From the human T2T-CHM13v2.0 reference genome, Homo sapiens, in the NCBI RefSeq assembly GCF_009914755.1, contig NC_060925.1: 64,000 bases of DNA; one strand, written 5' to 3'. This document shows, piece after piece, positions 19,101-33,402 of the stretch. Under the pieces are notes generated by a model that saw only the letters and a list, made by a program, of their open reading frames with translations, did no database searches and was not told where the DNA came from. A program made the position numbers and the translations under genes. The first letter of the stretch is position 1; every line of letters begins with the position of its first letter.

Positions 19101-19382
19101 AATATATATATATAATATATATAATATATATAATATATATATAATATATATTATATATAATATATATAATATATATTATATATACATGTAAATATATAAT
19201 ATGCAGAATTTTATAAATGTATATATAATAATATGTATTACATATACATATAAATATATAACATATTATATACACATATGTAATATATACATATTATATA
19301 CATATATACATATTATATATAAAAGATATGTGTGTGTATATAGTTCACACACACATAAATATGTATACACACATATATATAT
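19101..19382. repeat. Interrupted (TA)n / low-complexity AT tract
   Basis: Directly visible, about 280 bp. Confidence 0.95.
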
Positions 19383-19486
19383 TTCGATTTGGCTTATTAC
19401 TCACTTAGCATAATGTCTTCAAGGTCCATCCATGTTGTGGCCAATGGCAGGATCTCCCTTTTTAAGTCTGTATAATATTCCATTCT

Positions 19487-20732
<1,246 letters not shown>

Positions 20733-21056
20733 GTCCTGAATCCCAAGAACTCATCATTCCTGGATCAACTCAGGCAGTTGGTTTCCTAACATACTGAATT
20801 TGGATACCTAGGAAGAAACTCTGTGGTGACTTACATACTTTTATTTCCACCAGTTGAACTGAATGTTTACCAAGAGTCTGTTAGGCCATTTGTTTCCAAG
20901 TCTGTTTAAGTCAGTTACTTGTTATTATAATTACAAATTTAATGAAATGTAATATAAACTGATGAAATATCTGTGTGAAAATAGAGAGTTGTGTCACTAG
21001 AGAAACTAATTAGAATGTTTTGGAAAGATCCAATAAAGGAAAGTTGCTTTTAAAAA
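20733..21056 (+). other. Putative L1 3'-transduced flank
   Basis: Non-L1 sequence between the L1 tail and the second TSD copy (21057-21069); AATAAA at 21032-21037 followed by an A-run. Confidence 0.8.
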
Positions 21057-22794
21057 AATATTCCATTCTGTATATATACCACACTTAAAAAAATCCATTT
21101 GTCTACTGATGGACATTACATTGTTTTCACATCATGACTATTTTGAATAATGCCACAGTGAACATGGGAGAGCAGACATCTTTATTATGTGGTGATTTCA
21201 TCACCTTTGGGTATATACTCAGAAGAGGGATCACTGGGTCATGTGGTAGTTCTATTTTTAATTTCTTTAGAAACCTGTTTTCCATAATGCTCTACCAATC
21301 TACATTCTCATCAACAGTATACTAGGGTTCCCTTTTCTTCACATCCTTGCCGCCATCTGTTATCTCTTGTCTTTTTGATAATAGTCACCCTTACGGGTGT
21401 GAGGTGATATCTTATAGTGGCTTTAATTTGCCTTTTTCTTGATGATTAGTGATGTTGAGCACCTTTTCATATACCTGTTGGCTATTTTTATGTTTTCTTT
21501 GAAGAAATGTCGTTCAGGTCCTCTGTTTATTTTTAAAATGGAATTGTTTTTCTTCTTTTGAGTTGTAAGAATTCTTTGTAGATTTTAGTTATTAACTCCT
21601 TATCAGATATGTGGCTTGCAACTTTGTTTTTCTTTCTCACTATTGCTTTGGCTATTCATGAGTTTTTGTGGCTCCACACAAACTTTAGCAATTTTTTTCT
21701 ATTTCTGTGAAAAATGCCTTTGGAATTTTGGTAGTGATTGTGTTAAATTTCTACATTGCTATGGGCAGTATGGACATTTCAACAGTATTAATTATTCCAT
21801 CCATGAAAGTGGGATATATTTTTATTTATGTGTGGCTTCTTCAATTCCTTTTATCAATGTTTTATAGTTTTCAGTATACAAATCTTTCATCTCCTTGGTT
21901 AAAGTTGTTCTTAGGTATTTGATGCTATCATAAATGAGATTGTTTTTTGACTTCTTTTTCAGCTAGGCTGTTACTTATGTGTAGAAATGCTACTTATCTT
22001 TGCATGTTGATTTTATATTTAGCAACTTTACTGCATTCATTTATTAGTTATAACAGGTTTTAATTGAATTTTTGGACTTTTCTATGTATGAGACATGTCA
22101 TCTGCCAATAGAGATATTTTCACTTCTTTCTTTCTCATTTGGATGGATACCTTTTATTTCTTTCTCTTTCCTGATTGCTCATGCTAGTACTTTCAGTACT
22201 ATGTTGAATAGAAGTGGTTAGAGTGGGCATCCTTGTTTTATGTTGGATTTTAGTGGAAAAGCTTTCAGCTTTTCTTTGTTGATTATAATGTTAGCTGTGG
22301 GTTTTTCATAAAAGGCCTTTATTATGGTTGAGGAGTTTTCCTACTGTACCTAAACTAATATGAGTTTTTATCAAGAAGCAATGCTGAACTTTGTCAAATG
22401 TTTTTTCTGAGTCAATTGACATGATCATGTGGTTTTAATCTTTCATTCTGTTAATGTGATATGTCACATTGATTGATTTGTGTATGTTAAACCAGCCTTG
22501 CATGTCAGGGATAAATCCCACTTGGTCATGATGTATAATCTTTTTGATGTGTTGTTGAATTTTTTGCTAATATTTTATTGAGGATTTTTGCATCAGTGTT
22601 CATTAGGGGTATTGGCCTGTAGTTTTCTTTTCCTGTGGTATTTTGTCTGGCTTAGCTATCAAGGTGGTGCTGGCATTGTGAAATGTGAAATGTGAAATGT
22701 GTTTGAAAGTATTTCCTGTAGCTCTATTTTTGGAAGAGTTTGAGAAGTATTGGTAACAATTCTTCTATGAATGTTTGGTAGACTTCAGCTGTGA

Positions 22795-23208
<414 letters not shown>

Positions 23209-23256
23209 TAGGCATGGACAGATCTAATAAAGTACTTAATAAAATGCTTGATGTTA

Positions 23257-24034
23257 CAGCCAAAAGACACATGAAAAAATGCTCATCATCATTGGCCATC
23301 AGAGAAATGCAAATCAAAACCATAATGAGATACCATCTCACACCAGTTAGAATGGCGATCATTAAAAAGTCAGGAAACAACAGGTGCTGGAGAGGATGTG
23401 GATAAATAGGAACACTTTTACACTGTTGGTGGGACTGTAAACTAGTTCAACCATTGTGGAAGACAGTGTGGCGATTCCTCAGGGATCTAGAACTAGAAAT
23501 ACCATTTGACCCAGCCATCCCATTACTGGGTATAAACCCAAAGGATTATAAATCATGCTGCTATAAAGACACATGCACACGTATATCTATTGCGGCACTA
23601 TTCACAATAGCAAAGACTTGGAACCAAGCCAAATGTCCAACAATGATAGACTGGATTAAGAAAATGTGGCACATATACACCATGGAATACCATGTGGCCA
23701 TAAAAAATGATGAGTTCATGTCCTTTGTAGGGACATGGATGAAGCTAGAAACCATCATTCTCAGCAAACTGTCACAAGGACAAAAAACCAAACACTGCAT
23801 GTTCTCACTCATAGATGGGAATTGAACAATGAGAACACATGGACACAGGAAGGGGAACATCACACTCTGGGGACTGTTGTGGGGTGGGGGTAGGGGGTAG
23901 GGATAGCATTAGGAGATATACCTAATGTAAATGACGAGTTAATGGGTGCAGCACACCAGCATTGCACGTGTATACACATGTAACAAACCTGCACGTTGTG
24001 CACATGTACCCTAAAACTTAAAGTATAATTAAAA
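23257..24034 (+). mobile_element. 5'-truncated L1PA4/5-like element
   Basis: ORF2 C-terminus plus 3'UTR; 16-bp TSD aaaaKgcttgatgtYa at 23241-23256 and 24035-24050. Confidence 0.95.
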
Positions 24035-24224
24035 AAAAGGCTTGATGTCAAAGCAATAATGTTTCAGTAGGTGGCTTCAGAAGCCTGCTCTTCCCAAAGA
24101 TGAAGTATGTACTATGCTAAATGCTATTTATCACCAAACTTTCTTTTCCTATTGTTGGACACAGCAATGAAACTCTTGGCTAAGGGAGCCAATGCCTCTC
24201 CAAGACTTTTTTTCTGCCTATGTG

Positions 24225-25325
24225 GACACCACACTGACCCAAGCAACAATTAATCCTCCCTTGGGTTACAGTAATAAACTCCTAACTGGTCTCCCTCTCG
24301 CTCTTCTTGCCCTTCTATACACAGTTTTTTATTAAGTAGCTTGACTTTTTGTTCCTGTATAAATATCTGATCATGTCTAACTGCTATTTCCCTTGCACTT
24401 AGAAAAATCTTTGGCACATAGTATATGCCCAGTAATTATTTATTAACTGAGTTAGTAACTGTTACTCTCTGCTAAAACTTTTCAAACCCTTCTCACTGCT
24501 TTCAGGATACAGACCAAACTTTTAAATAGGGGGTTATAATTGCCCTGCCTACTCACTCATCTCTTACGTGTTCTGCTCCATACTAGACTACTTTCAGCTC
24601 ATCCAGTTTACCATTTCTCGTTGCTGAAACTTCATACCTGCTATTCTACCTGTGCAGGCATCATCTCTTCCCCTACCTTGCCCACTTTTCTTTAACCAAG
24701 GAATTCATTTTATTCTTTAGATCTCAGCCTAGATGCCATCTTTTGCAACAAGTTTTCTCTGATCCTCCCATAATTGGGTAACTTGGACCTCATTTGTGAT
24801 CCTTTAGCTTGTGAACTCTTCCATTGCACTGTAATTGCTGATTTGCTTGTCTCTGCATTCAACTAGGCTCTAAGGTCCTGGGTGCAGAGATGATACCTAT
24901 CTTATTTACACTGTAAATGTTCTAGCACCTAGCACAGGTCTTTGCATCTAGTGTGTATTCAATAAATGAGTCAGATTGATAGTTAACAGCTTAGAGAGCC
25001 AAAAGCATAGCCTTGATTTCTCCCTTCAGCTGTAGTTGGGAAGAAAGTCCTACAGGTAAGATTTACATAAACTTACCTACAGGTAAGTTTATAGGCTTTC
25101 AGTGAGAGTGAACTCTTTGGTTCACCTCCCTCACTTCACACCTACATGGTCACCACCCTGACCCAGGTTACTATTAGTCCTGGCCTGGGTTACAGCAATA
25201 GACTCCTGACTTGTCTCCCTTACTCTCTTCTTGTCCTTCTTTACATAGTTCTGCACTCAGCAGCCAGAGAAATTGAACTCTAGAGTGTTCTTGTGGCTTG
25301 TTTAAAGCCTTACAATGGCTTAGTA
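24225..25325 (+). mobile_element. L2 relics (several + strand pieces)
   Basis: 'ctcctaactggtctccct', 'ctagcacctagcacagg...tattcaataaatg' and 'cactcagcagccagag'. Confidence 0.65.
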
Positions 25326-26500
25326 GTGAAACAGAATGAGAAACCATGTTTTAGGAACTACTTTCTTCTTTTATAATAGTGGAATGCTGTTTAGCCCCAA
25401 ACCTATCCTGATTAAATTCCATTTGATTCTGATTCACTCTTAAGTCTCTTCACTTAACAACAGTATTCTAATTTTAGCTGTGTTTTCCTTGAGGTCTTCG
25501 CACAGATCCTAGAGATAATACTATTACTCTCTCCTTATGGTTCTGAAAGTATCTGCTTTTCTTAATAAGCAACATCCTACCTAGTAACCACTTTCAGTGA
25601 GAGAAAGAGATTTCATTGACAGAAAAATATGTAATAAACCTTGAATATGGAGAATGCATATTAAGGCTGAATATTTTATTTTCAATGAGTATTTTTTTTA
25701 TGAACTCAATCTCTGAAGACCCAAGTGGGAAGGTTGTTCAATTCCAGGAGTCTATGATATCTATCATAATTTGTTCATAGCAGATGTCTTTATCATTAAT
25801 TACCTAATATTGTTAGCTTGTTTCACTGAACATTCAGATATCCCAATGGAAGAACTCTTCCATTTCTTTTTTTTTTCTTTTATTCTTGGTACCCATTTCT
25901 TAGCTGCTTCATGCAGCTGCCATTTTGTTTTCCTTGTGGCAGTTCCTCCCCTCACACACCCCATCCCAACACAACTTGTTCCTTTCAAAAACAATGGGTT
26001 TTTGAAAGAGAGAGAATAATTTTTGGTTTCAAAGACCAAAAGACTCAAAAACTTTCCTCCTTCTTTCCTCTAGCTGTAACTCTAAGACCTTTGCTCTATG
26101 CTTACCTGCAATTTTATACCATCTCCATTTCCCTTCTCCCAGAGGTAGAAACTGGGGTTTGCCATGTGACCCTGACACCACAATGGTATACATAGCTATA
26201 AGTGAGTATTCTTTCAAGAAGGTACAGAATTATTTCTAGACTTCAGGTCCTGTGGGCAGTTCCCCAAACCTGGGTTTTGGCAGGGGCATGAGTGAGAGGG
26301 CAGACAGGCAGGCAGTGTTAGGGGCCAAGCAGCTGGGACTACTTTCAAAGAAGTAGAAGGCAACACAGCCCTGGAGAATCTAACTGAAAAGCTTGTATAT
26401 AACTAGCTAAGCATACACATCTCAGGGCTATTTCCCTAGCATGCTTCCTCTCCACGATCATAGCTTTTTCTTTTCTATTTCCTTTTATTTTTAATTTTGA

Positions 26501-26838
<338 letters not shown>

Positions 26839-26935
26839 TATAGTATGTTCTTATATATCCTTCATCTAGATTCCCCAAATGTTCATATTTTTTACCAAAA
26901 TGTGTTCTTAGTGGGATGCCCTATAATTTTCTCTG

Positions 26936-26968
<33 letters not shown>

Positions 26969-27209
26969 GCACACATATAAAATGCTTATATTTATGCGTA
27001 TATGTATATACGGACAGATATATATATAAAATGCCCTTTCTCTGAATCATTTGAGACTAAGTTGCAGACATACAACTTTACTGTCTTGCATTTCAGTGTG
27101 TATTTCCTAAAAACAATGACACTATCCCATATAACTATAGTATAACTATAGTATAATTGTCAAAATCAGGAAATTAACATGGATACAGTGTTAATTCATA
27201 TCTAATCTA

Positions 27210-27570
27210 TGTTAAAAGTAAACCCTGAGTTGAATTAAATTTAACGGAGTTGTATTGAGCAAAGAGGCATTCATCAAGTGGGGAGCCTCCTGCACCAGAA
27301 TAGGCTCATAGAGACTCTAGCACAGCTGCGTGGTGGAAGATTTTTGGACACAAAAAGGAAAGCGACAGAAAACCGAAGTGAGGTACAGAAACAGCTGGAT
27401 TGGTTACAGGTAGTTGTTTCCCTTATTTGAACATGGTTTGAACAGTTGGCTGCCACTGATTAGCCAAAACTTGTTGATTGACACAAGAATACGTTACAGT
27501 TCACGGAGAAACCTTTAGGCTGAACTTAAAATATGAAAGGAGGTGGTTTTAGGTTAAACTTAATTTAACA
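27210..27570 (-). mobile_element. MER57-like ERV1 solo LTR
   Basis: TGTTAA...TTAACA termini; perfect 4-bp TSD TCTA (27206-27209 and 27571-27574); minus strand starts tgttaaattaagttta as in MER57. Confidence 0.85.
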
Positions 27571-28197
27571 TCTACGACTCTTACTTGAATTTTGCCAGTT
27601 ATCATATTAATGTTTTTTATGACAAAAGAAAAAATAATTCTGGTTCAAGATCGAATCCAGCCTTATTTTTTGCATTTAGTTGGCATATCTTTTTAGTCTT
27701 CTTTAACCTGGGAGAGTACCTCAGTTTTTCTTTGTCATGAACTTGGTATTTTTGAACAGTATAGGCTAGTCATTTTAAAGACAGTCCTTCAGGTTAGTTT
27801 CTTTAATATTTCCTCATGGTTAGATTCAGACTGTACATTTTTGGCAGGGGAAATACAGAAGTGATCTTGCATCCCTCTTGGTGCATTGCATTAGGAGGCA
27901 TGTGACGCCAATAAGTCTCATTAGCCATCATGCTAACTTTGATCGCTTGGTCAATGTGGTGTCTGCCAGATTTTCCCATTAAAAAGTTACCTTTGGTAAT
28001 TAAGTATTTTGTGGAGAGATACTTTGAGACTATGCAAATATCTTACTTTTCATCAAGATACACCCACTAATTTTAACATCTATTAGTGATTTTTGACTGA
28101 AACAATTATTACTATGGTGGTTGTCAAAGTCGATTTTGAGTTTCGTAATTTCTTCTGTATTTATTATTTATTAGTTGCCATTTTACTTTCAGAAAAT

Positions 28198-28278
28198 GTT
28201 TCCTTCCTTCCTTCCTCCCTCTTTTCTTCCTTCCTTCCTTCCTCCCTCTTTTCTTCCTTCCTCCTTTCCTTCCTTCCT
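28198..28278. repeat. (CCTT)n-like pyrimidine repeat
   Basis: Directly visible. Confidence 0.9.
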
Positions 28279-29747
28279 TTTTATCTTCCTTCCTTCTGCA
28301 TAGGCTCACAGGATTTTATTATATTCTATGGGTTGTAATTTGTTACTATAATGAGTTATTTTGATGCTCAGATTGACTCAGATTTAGCTAGTGAGGAGTC
28401 CTCTGAATCCGGATTCTCTGTCCTTCTGACATGCCCCCATCAGTTTTTGAATACTTCCTTACTTTCTAGTCCAGCAAGATGCTCCAGGCTTATCTTGTAC
28501 ACATCCTACCACAGAGCTGGAACCAGTCATTTGGTCATAGAGCCCTAATTCCTTTTGGTGAGGAGTGGCATTTAGAAAGCAAGAGCTGGATGCTAGGTGT
28601 GTTCATCAATACTGAGGTATCATTGCTTCTAGTTCTCCCACACATACATACGAATTCACACATCTATATGTAATTTCCATATCAATCTATGGGACCCTAG
28701 CTTTTGATTATTTATCTCACAGGCAATGAGAAAGGAATTATTGTCACTTTGTGTTTGGTTAGTACTTTAAAATAATTTTTGTAGGACTTACATTTTCATC
28801 AAGTTTAAAATGGCTCATCTTTTCCTACCCAGTTTCAGGTCACAGTTTCCCCATCTCTTTTAAGGTTGCAAACTCTAGCATATGTATTACACAGAGTATC
28901 AAGTGCTGATCAGTGCAAATGGCTAGAAATAATAGGAGTATGAAAGCCTCACTGCTCTTCTATGCTTGTTTGCAGAAGGCTATGGGGGCTAAACTACGTC
29001 CATGCTGGGGCATGTAAACTCATTCCTTCAATGAATCAGGTGAGATGGGAAGAGTTCATTGATTTGTACATAAGAGATCAACATTACTCTGGGAAAAACA
29101 AGTGCCACTATTTCATTTGGATTCATATGATGACACTGCTGTGGTCTGAGATTGTTGACTAATATTAGTTGGTATTCGATTAAAAAAAAGTTCTGTGGTA
29201 AAATAAGTAGAGCATTTACTATACTAATGGGTCTTATGGCTCTTCAAGAGAGGGATATACTACAAAATGTCCCAAACTTACCTATCCATGGAATCCCCTT
29301 TTCATGGAGCACTGGATGAATTTTTGTCCCATGAAACCAACTCTGAGGTTGGTTACACACACACTCTCGCTCATATGGTAAGTAACATAGAGTCATGATG
29401 TTATAAAGGTTCCAGAAAACCTGATTTGCTCTGAGCCTCACGACTCTCTTGAATGCAGTCCTAATGTTTTCTGTGATTCATTTTCTCTCTCTCTTCACTT
29501 TTTATGTGTCCCTCATCAAATGAAAGGCTTTGAGTTTTCATAGTGCTGTATTAGTGAGGTCCTGGAAACATTTATTTAGCAAGTGTGCTAATCACTCTAC
29601 ATCTCTAATATCTCCTGATTTTCTAATGGTTCATACTCATCCTCCACCAAACTCTGTCATGATTCCCTGAAGTGAATTTAGAACACTTTGGAAAATGCAT
29701 GTGTGAGAGAGGGGTGGCTCTCATAGGATTAGAACGAGTACACATAG

Positions 29748-30066
<319 letters not shown>

Positions 30067-32584
30067 TGTATTCTTAAAAAACTTATTTATTAAGAGTAAT
30101 TAAGAGTTGATCACCTTAAGATATCTGCACTTTTAATTGATTTCATTTTTTCCAGACAGCCACAGCAAATGCAAGTTAAACTTAAAAATTTTTGCAAGTA
30201 GATTACATTTCACAAATATTTTAGTATTTTATGCATGTCGAGTAATGAAGTTAACTACCACATCTTTTTTGTACTGATATTTTTGACTGATAATTAGGTG
30301 TTTACTAATGCTACTAAATACAATCCTCCAGTGTTTGTAAAAAATCATAGACAAAACATTTTGGGTCCCTGAACGGGCTTTAGATCTGTAAATCAATCTC
30401 ATGGATCATTTTAAATTACTAATCATAAGCAAATAGATAAGCAAGAATGACTATAAATTGGGTTAATTACTGTAGCTCAAGTTTTAGCTCATAATTTTGA
30501 CTTTCAAAGGCTACACAAACCAATTTTGTACTCTTAGATTATAATGAGCAGTCTTTATTCTTTAATCAGTTCACCCCGTATCTAGCTGTCTAATGTAACA
30601 TTCCTTTGAAGTCTAGAAAGATCTAACATAATTGAAGAAATGTCGAACTACTTGACGCTTTTTTTAATATAAAGGAATTAAACATTAATCAGGCTTGTGC
30701 ATCTCAATTAAGCCAATTAAAATTATCACAGAATGCAGTGCATACTGCAATAGGTAGCCTTAATGCTTGAATACATTATCAACTTTTACCTAATATTCCC
30801 ATCTTCATTATGTCTGTTACTCAAAAAGTAAATACAGATCTGAAGTCCATATTAGAAAGTCCACCAGTTAATACGGTCTTGCAAAGCCCTGGCAAAAGAA
30901 ACACTTAAAGTGATGTTTATTCAACTACTGCTAATAGTGCTGGAACTCACCTTAAATCTTTCTGCCAAAGAAGAAATTCTGTAATTATGGTGATGACTGA
31001 TGCCTTCATCCAAATAGCCCATTAACTACTCAATTTGCTCCCTAACAACTGGGAAAGGCAGTTCTGGTCTTGCAAGCTATAGTACATACACAAAGTCCAT
31101 ATAATTACTAATAATTTGTAACAAGTGTTAATTGATAAACAGCTCCCTCTGCTAGCTTAATTAAAGCTGTAGGATAGCTAGGTGATTTACAACTGGGATT
31201 GATCTCAATTAGTCAACAAAATCTGTGTAGTCTGTTCAAAGGAGAGTAAGGAAATTTAGCCTAGTGAGGCTTTGGGGATTTTGTCTCGTCTTCCTTGTTT
31301 CTTTTTCTTTCAAGAAGAGAAATGAAATCCGAAGAGCTGCCTTGCTTTATCAGTAGCGATCCACCTAGCTTAGACAGTGCATTACTTGTAGGCTCTTCAG
31401 CATTTGTTCTTCCATTTGTTTATTCTCTGGCCGGTTACTGAAAAATATTCAAGCATTTGCTTTTATTACACCCAGTGGTACACATTGCTGAATACCAACC
31501 CTGAGGGACCTAAAAGTAGAAGGAAAAAACAATTTTTTTAAATGTCAGGTTTTCATCTTGCAGATCTGTTTGCAAACTGGCATTTTGAGGCCATAATTAA
31601 AAGGAAGCCCAGGAACAGTGGCACAGGGGAATCACCTGAGACTTGGCAGCCTGGGGATCTTGTAAAGCCATCATGGCTGCTTCAGGACTCAACTTATTTT
31701 ATCGTGTGAGCTGATACAGTAAAAACCTAATCTAAGCATTGCTGAAATTACCCCTATGGAATAGAAGAGGAAAAAAGTGTCATCTGTGCTCAGTGAGATC
31801 ACAAACTGGCTGCAAACAGCTGCTGAAACATTAATTAATCTGTTTGCAAATAAATTGTGGATCTGTACTAGCTGAAATTGCTGTTATAAACAAGCTGGGA
31901 TGCTGTACTTATCAGGTTTACTTGTATTTTAATATTTTTTTACCTATGCTGTAAAATCACCAGAGCCCAGATACAGCACTGTGTGTTTACTTCTGGAAGC
32001 TCTGAGCAAGTATACTGATGTTACCTTGTAGATACCCAGCTTGAAAGCAATTCATATCAATTGCGGGACTTTTGTAGGCTTACAATACTGTGTTGAAGGG
32101 TCCACACTTCTTTTAAGTCAGATTTGTTAATCAAAGAGAATGAAATATTCTACAGTGCAAATTGATGTGGATTTAGCAATTCTGTAATTTTAAAACATTT
32201 CGTAAGTGTCACAGTTGCTTAATTTGTTCTAACTAGGCTGTGGCAAATTCTAGTTGCCTTGACCCTTAAAAGATTAATGTTGGTTCCCTATGTTTACTCA
32301 TTTTTAAAAAAGTGGTAGGATATGTAGCTGGAACAGAGAATCTGAGAGAGTTTGTCTTGCCAAAATTTGAAATTCTGATACTCCCTGTTCCCTGTTTTTC
32401 TGTCCTTTTTTTCTTGAAGATGATTTTAATTCAATAAACACTCACATCTCTTCATTTATTTAACAGATAGTTGTTCAATGTCTAGTATGAGCCAATTACT
32501 CTGTGAGGTGCTGTGATACAGAAGGTACCGGGAATATAACTCTTGCCTTCAAGGGGTTTATGGTCTTAACGGGTTTAGGGTGAA

Positions 32585-32700
32585 AGTAGCCATGGGCAAT
32601 ATGGAAATGAACGGCTATGACTGTGTTCCAATAAAACTTTATTTATAAAACCAATGGCAGGCTGGATTTAGTTCTTGGGCTACAGTTTACCAATTCCTGA
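32585..32700. mobile_element. MER58A hAT-Charlie MITE fragment
   Basis: 'ctgtgttccaataaaactttatttataaaacc...ggctggatttag...gtttaccaattcctg'. Confidence 0.75.
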
Positions 32701-32977
32701 CCTAATGATAAAGAGTCAAATAAGCCAAACTACAAACCAGTGTGACTGTGATCTCGTATGGCTATAGGGTACCATTTGGGCATATTGGAGGGACACTTTA
32801 TCCAGCTTTGGTGGTAGTGGTGATTGCAAGTTAAGGTCAACAAAACCTTTAAAGGAACTCTAAGTGAAAACATTTGGATGAGAAGGAGCTATTCAGATGA
32901 AGGGACAAGTTGGGCAGTGTGTCCCAGTCAGAAGAAACAAAATGGTCCACAGTCCAGGGTGAGATACAGCATGGTGT

Positions 32978-33402
32978 TGTGATATCATTATTATGTGCAT
33001 CAATACTTTGATTTTCCTCCTCCTTCCAGCCACACTGTTGTACCACACTTCTGTATCCTGCTCTAAAAGTAAGCATGGCCATACAACTTACTTTGGCCAT
33101 GAAATGTGAGAAGAAATGACATGGGTTACCTTAGGGTGGAAGACGTCAGAGCCAGTGTTCAATTCTCTATATTCACATCCCTTGCTGTAGGGAACATAGA
33201 AGCTCTTGTTGAGGTAGAACATCCATCTGCCTTGGTTTCTGAGAGATTATGATGACAAATTCCACCCCCTGCACCCTGACCCCCTTAAAACTTGCACTGG
33301 AAATTTAGTGAGATTCTGATAAACCTTAATAGAGTAAAACTACTGCAATATTGGGGATTGTGTTTTTATTCCAGCATAGCCTAATCTCTCCTGCCTTTTA
33401 CA
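32978..33402 (+). mobile_element. MLT1 (MaLR) solo LTR
   Basis: 'actttggccatgaaatgtgagaagaaatgacatgggttac' and 3' end 'cagcatagcctaatctctcctgccttttaca'. Confidence 0.7.

Noticed and set aside
30951-30978. Possible minus-strand 28-nt coding microexon (AAG|GTGAGT donor)
   Set aside because: No polypyrimidine tract at the acceptor, not a multiple of three, and no recognisable peptide.
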